Assembly (NCBI GenBank): GCA_964251885.1
Contig: CAXUMK010000001.1
Span: 22,598 to 86,597, forward strand
Length of the DNA: 64,000 bases
Origin: an uncultured Segetibacter sp.
GTDB lineage: Bacteria > Bacteroidota > Bacteroidia > Chitinophagales > Chitinophagaceae
Reading direction: 5' to 3'
How positions within the stretch are numbered: position 1 is the stretch's first letter; the number at the start of each line of letters is the position of its first letter. The translations under genes were made by a program, and so were the position numbers. This document shows, piece after piece, positions 26,958-33,855 of the stretch. Below the pieces are notes generated by a model. That model was not told the DNA's origin, ran no database searches, and was given only the letters and a program-made list of their open reading frames with translations.

Positions 26958-27338
26958 GCAAAAATCTTTTTCTGAAGGATAATTAGATAGCCCTTGAGTT
27001 AAATTTTTACTTGACTTTATCAAAAAAAGTTACATTTGTTTTGATGGTTTATTCACTTTTCAGATTAAAACTTCAATTATCGGAAAAGACTGAAAGCGTA
27101 GGTTGCTATAGGACTTATAGTATTAACTATTTTTTAAGAATACCAAACTTCATCTACTTTTAGGCTGCGTTCATTAGGAAAGGCTCAAGTGTCACTATAA
27201 CCGCGTTTTTAGGTAGTATAGGTGGAAAGTTGATAAAGGGTTATAGGTGGAGAATTCGCTGATATTAGGTGATAAAATAAGTATACAGAAATAATTAAAG
27301 GAATATACTGCTTTATTGGCCTTTAACGACATTACTTA

Positions 27339-27668
27339 TTAATCCATTTTACCAAGGTTAAGATAAGGAAGTTTAAACCTGTCGTAATGAAAAATCATTT
27401 CAAACCATTCCCAAAATATCCAAGGTTTTATGGTAAATGTACGATATAGTCTATTATCGCCCTTGTCTTTTTCCGGGTGCTGACATAAGAAATAGCCATA
27501 CATCCGCTGACAGCCCCAGTAAGATTTACCTTTACCCCCTTCCTCACTATACGTAAAGCTACCATCGGCATTGCTATAGGTATAGTTTTCCTGTAGTAAA
27601 AAAGAAAAAAAAGGAAGATTGCTAACAACAATAATTGCTAATATAGTTAAGATTATCCGCTTTTTCAT
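27339..27668 (-). CDS. Small secreted/membrane-anchored hypothetical protein
   Basis: 109-aa ORF with an N-terminal hydrophobic segment (IILTILAIIVVSNLPFF). Trp/Tyr-rich. I recognise no domain. Confidence 0.5.
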   Translation of the reverse strand: MKKRIILTILAIIVVSNLPFFSFLLQENYTYSNADGSFTYSEEGGKGKSYWGCQRMYGYFLCQHPEKDKGDNRLYRTFTIKPWIFWEWFEMIFHYDRFKLPYLNLGKMD

Positions 27669-27685
27669 TTTTATAGTCTTAAAAA

Positions 27686-29068
27686 TTAATTACATGGCCC
27701 TTTACTGTTTGGTGTTGTTCCGCCGTTAGTATTCACGTTACTTGCCCCTTTTAAATTTTCAATACTACTGCCTAAGCCGTTCGGGGTCATGCTATAATCC
27801 AAAGACATTGTAGCTGCATTAAAACCGGTTACACTATTAGCGTCAGGCAAGGTAATACTACCAGCCTGGCATGCACTATAGACAAAATTTGTGCAATTGA
27901 ATGTACTTAGGTCATAAGTTGAAGGCGGGTTAGAAATATAGCTTGTAATTTGATTAAATTGAGTTGCACTTACTGTATAAGTAATACTAACATTATAATC
28001 AAGGTCGCCGCCATTATTTACAATTTTAGAGGGTGCGTTAAGCTTAGATAAGCCTGTAGCGTCCGGATAGAAGCCTAAAACTTGAGTTACCGAGGTAATG
28101 CCATTACTTTTTGTTAAACCAATAGCTACATGACCAACACTATTTGGGCCAACAGCAAAAGAAGTTCCCGGAAACGGCTCTTGGACATATACAGTCACCT
28201 GCATCGAAGCACCGGCATTTGCAATGTTGCCAAAACAATCCATAAATTGTTTTGAGTTCACTTTCGTGTGGTCTTCACCGGGTAAATTTACAACAGGAGG
28301 TGCTGTACTGATTTCTCCGCCACCGCCGCCGCCGCCGCCTAAATAATCTCCGCCGCCGCCATCAAATCCGCCTTCTCCACCACCCCCTCCATCATCATAA
28401 ATATAGGTGCTACATATTTGTTCAGAATAAACTGTAAGGATGCCTTCCGCATCAACATAGTTAGCGTCATTCCATTCACATTCCTGTGAAACCTGCACCA
28501 TGTCAGTTTTTAACATCGACTGGGTAGTGGTGGTGGAAACAGCGGGTTTAATCTTTCCTATTAATTTGCCATTTGATAACACCTCGCCGCCAAGCAACTT
28601 ATAATCTTGGCCATATATAAATACCCTTCCGGTAAAGTCTGCTGTAGAAACTTTTAGCTTTCTTTGGATGTATAGGACATCAGGAATGATCTCAAGTATT
28701 CGTACTTGGATATTCCCATTCGTATCTCGAATAAATACGAGTTTACGATACCCTTGCTTTACCTTTTGAAATGTTGGTTGCCCTTCGAGATGACCTATCC
28801 AGTAATTACCCTTTTTATTCTTTAATGACTGTAGTTTCCCCCATGAAATTGCTAATGATGAAAGAGAAAACGTTTTACTTGTTGATTGTCCCTGAAGATT
28901 AGTTGATGCAGGCACGTAAGTATCATACCATTCTTTGACCTGTTTCAAGGATAGGTTTTTTACTGAATCACCAATTTGGAGATTTGTTGGGGTAACTAAA
29001 TGCTGATCTTTTTTACATGATACAATACCAGTCATAATCAGCATTAAACAAATTAATTTTGTTTTCAT
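27686..29068 (-). CDS. Lipoprotein with a central poly-Gly tract and a C-terminal His...Cys (NlpC/P60- or LRAT-like?) domain
   Basis: Lipobox is MLIMTGIVSC. The Gly tract is DDGGGGGEGGFDGGGGDYLGGGGGGGGE. The C-terminal domain contains GHVAIGL ... TFNCTNFVYSACQAG. The domain assignment is speculative. Confidence 0.6.
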   Translation of the reverse strand: MKTKLICLMLIMTGIVSCKKDQHLVTPTNLQIGDSVKNLSLKQVKEWYDTYVPASTNLQGQSTSKTFSLSSLAISWGKLQSLKNKKGNYWIGHLEGQPTFQKVKQGYRKLVFIRDTNGNIQVRILEIIPDVLYIQRKLKVSTADFTGRVFIYGQDYKLLGGEVLSNGKLIGKIKPAVSTTTTQSMLKTDMVQVSQECEWNDANYVDAEGILTVYSEQICSTYIYDDGGGGGEGGFDGGGGDYLGGGGGGGGEISTAPPVVNLPGEDHTKVNSKQFMDCFGNIANAGASMQVTVYVQEPFPGTSFAVGPNSVGHVAIGLTKSNGITSVTQVLGFYPDATGLSKLNAPSKIVNNGGDLDYNVSITYTVSATQFNQITSYISNPPSTYDLSTFNCTNFVYSACQAGSITLPDANSVTGFNAATMSLDYSMTPNGLGSSIENLKGASNVNTNGGTTPNSKGPCN

Positions 29069-29117
29069 AGCTTTTCATTAAAGTTTAGCGCCTAATTTTC
29101 TGTCTCTGTTTTTTGAT

Positions 29118-29702
29118 TTATGTCAAAATTCTTTTTTTCCCACGGACACGGCTTAACGTTTCCTGGCTTATTCCTAAGTAAGAAGCAATTTGGCCGAGCG
29201 ATGCTTTCTGAAAGATAGTAGGATGTGATTTTAGCAATAACTCATATCGTTCTTTTGCTGTTAGCGTTCTGAGTAATATGGCCCTTTCTTCACTTTGTAT
29301 ATAATATTTTTCAGTAATGATCCTTCCTATATAATTGAACTCTTTAAAATCGGCATATATAGATTGCAGCTGGTTCCATGTAATAGATTGAATTATGCTT
29401 TCTTCTAATAATTCAATATTTTCCGCCGCAGGCTGTTGCGTAAAAAAGCTGTAAACCGAAATCATTATATCACCCTTCCCCATAAACCATGAAGTGCATT
29501 CTTTACCGTCATGCGGGTAATAAAATGCACGGGCAAACCCATTTTTTATAAAAAATATTTTCTTGGCTACCTGGCCTTCTTTTAATAATAAATGCTTTTT
29601 GGCGTAAGGTTCTTCAACTATGTAACCCGAGAGCGACTGCTGTAATTCTGCAGACAAAGGAGCAATAAAATTCAGGGTTTGTATCAATAAATCCACATCC
29701 AT
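29118..29702 (-). CDS. Crp/Fnr-family transcriptional regulator
   Basis: A cNMP-binding-like domain (LLLKEGQVAKKIFFIKNGFARAFY) with a C-terminal HTH (GQIASYLGISQETLSRVRGK). The start chosen is MDVDLLIQ; the ORF track extends to 29744. Confidence 0.8.
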   Translation of the reverse strand: MDVDLLIQTLNFIAPLSAELQQSLSGYIVEEPYAKKHLLLKEGQVAKKIFFIKNGFARAFYYPHDGKECTSWFMGKGDIMISVYSFFTQQPAAENIELLEESIIQSITWNQLQSIYADFKEFNYIGRIITEKYYIQSEERAILLRTLTAKERYELLLKSHPTIFQKASLGQIASYLGISQETLSRVRGKKRILT

Positions 29703-29957
29703 ACCGCACAAAAACTTATTTAAGACGATTTTGATAATTGTCAAAGTCCTTTACAGCAAAGGGTTTTTACTTTGTAATTAAGAATTGATCGGAATAATAA
29801 CAGCATTATCCGAGAAATATTGCATAGTAACTAATAAACAGAAGTTCACCGATAAACCTAAGAAATCCTAATATGATTAAATTTTACCAAGTGGCTTTGT
29901 TGGTCGTGTTACATTGAAGTAACAGGCGAAGCAACCTTAATTAATATTTTATTTTTT

Positions 29958-30918
29958 ATGTCAAGTAATTATGATGATGAGTTGTACTTCAAAACAGAAG
30001 ATCGGCTGGGGCAAATTGCAAGTGGTGAAAAGGAGCCGTTAAAAAAGTTTACCGCATCGCTGTTAATTAACCGAAAAAAATTAGATGAACTAAAAAAGCA
30101 TGTTTCATCAAATCCTTTTAAAGAAAAAAAGGAAGAAATCTTCTTTTTTAAAAAAATCAAGCTCAGGTTCTACAGCCTTCTCATCTTTGAGATAGAATAC
30201 TACCGGCTTGTAAATTATCTTCCTTCAGGTAATAAGGAACAGCTTACGGTGTACTACCAGAAGGAGTTGAAATATATTGAGTGGCTTTTTATGCAAAACC
30301 AGTTCCAGTACCAGTATTTCAGGCTGGGTGCGATTGAGCTTGACCATTTGTACTTTCTCCGCGGGGGCAGAAAAGCAAAGCGTGCTTGTGCCAGAGATAC
30401 CAGAAACCGACCCGGAATTCTCCACGAGCTACGCCCACCTTTTTTCTAAGTTTAAAGCTTATGAAATGTTAAGGGATCATTTACTAAACGAACTTGATAA
30501 CATCAATAAAGCAGACAAAAACACTTTTATCAGGTCCGGTAGAAATTATAAACCACCAAGTTGGACAGGGGATATTATCAATGCCACCGACTTAGGTTAC
30601 AGTTTGTGGGTATCCAATCAGCGAAACAGCAGGAATGCAGAACTAACAGACATCATGCATCGGTTAAGCACTTCTTCAAATGTTGACCTAACGCGTTATA
30701 TGTGTCTGTTCGTGGAAATTAGGGATAGAAAATTAATCAGTAAGACCCGCTTTATCGACCTAATGCGTGATGCTATCAATATACACATACCCTCGCCCCC
30801 CTTGGTATGTATTGTTTTATTGCTGGGAACTTGTTTGCAATTTTCCGCACTTCCTTTTTTGTACTTAGTCTTCAGTGGTAGTTATAAACCAGTTAACGGC
30901 GGGAAGATATCATCTTAA
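29958..30918 (+). pseudogene. RteC-family regulator, frameshifted copy
   Basis: ORFs 29958-30449 and 30277-30918 together parallel the intact RteC downstream (..EIFFFKKIKLRFYSLLIFEIEYY.., QNQFQYQYF.., then ..FSKFKAYEMLRDHL..SWTGDIINATDLGYSLW..). The frame changes at or near the G5 run at 30363-30367. Confidence 0.7.
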
Positions 30919-30929
30919 AATCAAAGAAA

Positions 30930-31829
30930 ATGAACATATTAAAATTCAGCGAACAAAAGTATGGAGAACTGGAAGACCGGTTAGAGACCGTAAACGGATC
31001 ATTGTCATCCGGCTTTGAGAAATTTTCCGAATCCCTTTATACCATCACGAAAAACATCAACGAACTAAAAAAAACGATCTCAGAACATCAATTTGAAAAT
31101 GAAACGCAGGAAATCACTTTCTTTAAAAACGTTTTTCCGAAATTTTATGCCCGGCTGATTTACACATCAGAAGAATACAATATTTCTTCCACAATTCCCG
31201 AAGGGACCGATCAAATGATAAGGGATTATTATTTACAGGAACTGGCGATTGTGAAAAGGAGTTTCAATCATCATCAGTTTGCCTATCAGTATTTCCTTCA
31301 CTCAGAGTCTGCCCTTGATGAAGATTATTTCCTGCGTAAAAACTTCAGGCCATACCATCCCGGCCTGCCACTGCTGGTTTTGGATGAAACAACCGAAACA
31401 AACATGGGCTTCCAGTTTGCAAGATTTAGGGCTTATGAAATGCTGCAGACATTCTTAATCAAAAAAATTCAGTCACTATATCAGCGCCCTGATAACACCG
31501 TCCTTTCAGAATTGCTTACAGGGAATAACAGGCGCTGGACGGGTGAAAAGATCAACTTGATTGAACTTGCCTACGGGATATTTTATACTGGCCAGATGAA
31601 CGATGGGAGAGCAGAAATTAATGATATCGTCGCATGGCTGGAAGAAAGCCTCCATATCGAACTTGGCCGTGCCTACCGGAAATTTGTAGATATACGCAGG
31701 CGAAAAACAGTCAGCTACACAAAATACCTTGATGAGATGCGCGAGGCCATCCTTTATAAAATAGATGAAAACAATCGTTATAAACCAAAGCCTTTTAAAC
31801 GGAAACCCAATGAAAATAACACCCAATAA
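30930..31829 (+). CDS. rteC: RteC-family regulatory protein
   Basis: 299 aa. QEITFFKNVFPKFYARLIY, HHQFAYQYF, FARFRAYEML, RRWTGEKINLIELAYGIFY and RKFVDIRRRK match the Bacteroides conjugative-transposon RteC family as I recall it. Confidence 0.75.
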   Translation: MNILKFSEQKYGELEDRLETVNGSLSSGFEKFSESLYTITKNINELKKTISEHQFENETQEITFFKNVFPKFYARLIYTSEEYNISSTIPEGTDQMIRDYYLQELAIVKRSFNHHQFAYQYFLHSESALDEDYFLRKNFRPYHPGLPLLVLDETTETNMGFQFARFRAYEMLQTFLIKKIQSLYQRPDNTVLSELLTGNNRRWTGEKINLIELAYGIFYTGQMNDGRAEINDIVAWLEESLHIELGRAYRKFVDIRRRKTVSYTKYLDEMREAILYKIDENNRYKPKPFKRKPNENNTQ

Positions 31830-32063
31830 ACACCATTCTTTAACACCATTTAAAAGTTGTCAAACGCTTTTTGCCACAATCCTAACCTTTGATACCATAA
31901 TACAAACAAGATCTTTGACATCCAGGAACGAAGCATTATCCAATTAACAATTGGAAATTTTGCGAAGCTGAGATTACATCAACATAGCGAACGCGCATTG
32001 GCAGCCGAGGGGCCGTATTGTAGAATACGACGTGAGTAGTTCCGAACAAAATATTTATAACCT

Positions 32064-32088
32064 AAAGGGGCCGTGTGCCCCTTTTTTT
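32064..32088 (+). terminator. Intrinsic-terminator-like hairpin (aaaggggc-cgtgt-gccccttt) with a T7 run
   Basis: Stem at 32064-32071 and 32077-32084, with T-run 32082-32088. It lies 13 nt before the ATG at 32101, which argues against the GTG-32032 start in the ORF track. Confidence 0.55.
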
Positions 32089-32100
32089 ATATCCGAAATT

Positions 32101-33012
32101 ATGGAAAATCATCAACTGAAAGCCAGGGAGGTCAAAGAAAATTATTCACTAGCTGACCTTTTAACCCGCCTCGGATACCAACCAGCCAAACGAACGCGAA
32201 ATGAACTATTGTATGTAAGTATGCTACGCGATTCAGACACTACACCATCGTTTTCTGTCAACGATAAACACGGAACTTGGTTCGACTTCGGCGAAGGCAA
32301 AGGTGGGAATATAATTGATTTCGCATTGCGCTATTGGCCGGGCTTAACTTTTGGAGAGGTGCTGGAAAAGATCGTTGGAACATGCGAAAGCTCTGTTTGG
32401 GGTATATCAAATACAATAAAATACAAGAAGCAGCCGGTGACTGAGAAAGAACCCAGCTATCAAATTTTGGATTTAAAAGACCTGGGCAACAATACCGTCA
32501 TTAGCAATTACCTCGAAAGCCGTGGGATCAGCAGCGTCGCCGAAGGCAGGCTAAAAGAGGTTTACTATTATGTTGAAGATGACAACAAAAAACGAAGCAA
32601 CTTCTTCGCGGCCGGCTGGCAAAACGAAAGTGGGGCCTGGGAGATCCGTAATAAGAATTTCAAAGGGTGCCTTGGACATAAAGCGGTTAGCTATATCCCA
32701 AATTCTGAAAAGGGGCTGGCCGTGTTTGAGGGATATTTTAATTACCTGAGCTGGCTCACCGAGAACCCGTTCGCACCGGACAGTGTGCTTGTATTGAACA
32801 CGCTCTCTTTGCTTCAGCCAGGGATTATTAAGGCAAAGGAATTCCTTGACATTGCCCTCTACTTCGATAATGACCCATCAGGACGTCAGGCAACCGCAGA
32901 TTTCAATGCCGCCTTACCTTGTGCCAGAGACTGCTCCGGTATATATAAAGGGTACAATGATTATAATGATTTGATTGTTGCCGAACGGACCGGTTACCAG
33001 ATGGACCGCTGA
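32101..33012 (+). CDS. Toprim-domain DNA primase-like protein of the conjugative element
   Basis: The N-terminal zinc-finger-like region is YSLADLLTRLGYQPAKRTRNELLYVSMLRDSDTTPSFSVNDKHGTWFDFGEGKGGNIIDFA. Toprim motifs are LAVFEGYFNYLSW and LYFDNDPSGRQA. Confidence 0.75.
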   Translation: MENHQLKAREVKENYSLADLLTRLGYQPAKRTRNELLYVSMLRDSDTTPSFSVNDKHGTWFDFGEGKGGNIIDFALRYWPGLTFGEVLEKIVGTCESSVWGISNTIKYKKQPVTEKEPSYQILDLKDLGNNTVISNYLESRGISSVAEGRLKEVYYYVEDDNKKRSNFFAAGWQNESGAWEIRNKNFKGCLGHKAVSYIPNSEKGLAVFEGYFNYLSWLTENPFAPDSVLVLNTLSLLQPGIIKAKEFLDIALYFDNDPSGRQATADFNAALPCARDCSGIYKGYNDYNDLIVAERTGYQMDR

Positions 33013-33179
33013 AAACCGAACAAGTTACCTTTTGGTTTTTTCCCTTGCAAGATGTGCGAATGTCCGACAAAAAACCGCTGCGCTCTATTTTTGCCAGCCA
33101 TCCGCAATCTTGCCCTGAACTTCTCTCCGTACCTCCGCGAAGATCAGGGGGTATCGAAAACTCGCAACTCGTTTTCTCT

Positions 33180-33590
33180 ATGATAGACAATCGCAGCAAA
33201 AAAGGCAGGCCTGTTATGGAGTCCGGCAAACGGACCCGAAAAATTGATGTGAGGTTCACAGAAGATGAATATGAGGCCATACTTGAAATGGAAAGGACGC
33301 TGGATATCCGAAAAACCGACTTGGTACGTACTCGGCTTTTGCAAGATGTAAGGCTTACGATTGTAAACGCCAAAGAATTGATCACGCTTTTAAATAGTAT
33401 TGGGGCAGAAATTGGCAGGTGTGGAAACAATATTAATCAATTAGCTAAATATGCTAATGTGCTTACATTAAAAGGTGTGTTGTCACCGGTAGTCAGCGAA
33501 CGGTTCAATTTGCTTTTCGAGCAATATATCGGCAATCAACAAGCTTTGGAAATTGCATTAAGGAAAGTCATCCGGCTTGCAGGAAAGTAA
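33180..33590 (+). CDS. MobC-like relaxosome accessory protein (ribbon-helix-helix N-terminus)
   Basis: RTRKIDVRFTEDEYEAILEMERTLDIRKTDLVRTRLL has an RHH-like beta-alpha-alpha pattern. ..IGAEIGRCGNNINQLAKYANV matches the MobC family motif. Start chosen at MIDNRSKKGRP; the ORF track starts at 33045. Confidence 0.7.
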   Translation: MIDNRSKKGRPVMESGKRTRKIDVRFTEDEYEAILEMERTLDIRKTDLVRTRLLQDVRLTIVNAKELITLLNSIGAEIGRCGNNINQLAKYANVLTLKGVLSPVVSERFNLLFEQYIGNQQALEIALRKVIRLAGK

Positions 33591-33600
33591 TTAGGTTACA

Positions 33601-33855
33601 GGTTCATTTAGATAAAGTTCGTCAAGAACAAGTTCACAAAGAACTGTCTGAAACTGTACTTGTTCGTTCCGCACTTGATCGGAGAGAATCTGTTCGCCAA
33701 GAACCTGTTCCAAACGAAACTGTCTGCGCAGCACTTGTTCAATAGGAATTTGTTCTAAAATAATTTGTTCACTGAAACCGGTTTACTTATGAACAAGTTC
33801 ACTCCAGACTTGCCCTCAGTGGACAAGTTCATAGTAAACAAATTCCCTCAACCAT
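33601..33855 (+). repeat. Array of 17 in-phase 15-bp units, consensus wGTTC-N5-GAACw (candidate oriT/relaxosome or centromere-like site)
   Basis: Units start every 15 nt from 33601 to 33841 without a phase slip. Examples: aGTTCgtcaaGAACa, aGTTCacaaaGAACt, tGTTCgccaaGAACc, tGTTCcaaacGAAAc, tGTTCaatagGAATt, gTTTActtatGAACa. The array fills the whole MobC-like/relaxase intergenic gap. No ORF of 60 aa or more on either strand. Confidence 0.85.

Noticed and set aside
27428-27631. 67-aa ORF nested in 27339-27668 on the same strand
   Set aside because: It is an alternative frame inside a longer ORF that has a plausible N-terminal membrane segment, and nothing supports it independently.
30277-30918. 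Treating 30277-30918 as an independent 213-aa gene
   Set aside because: Only its part downstream of about 30365 matches RteC. Its N-terminal 30 aa are the out-of-frame overlap with 29958-30449. Together they form one frameshifted gene.
32903-33430. 175-aa minus-strand ORF spanning the primase end and the MobC-like gene
   Set aside because: It overlaps two + strand genes with recognisable motifs. It is the only minus-strand candidate in a 30-kb co-directional element.
33601-33745. Reading the 15-bp array as a pentapeptide-repeat coding sequence (VHLDK VRQEQ VHKEL SETVL ...)
   Set aside because: The frame has no start codon after the MobC-like stop and terminates at TAG 33743-33745. The other frames and the minus strand also carry stops. 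The periodicity continues past the stop.
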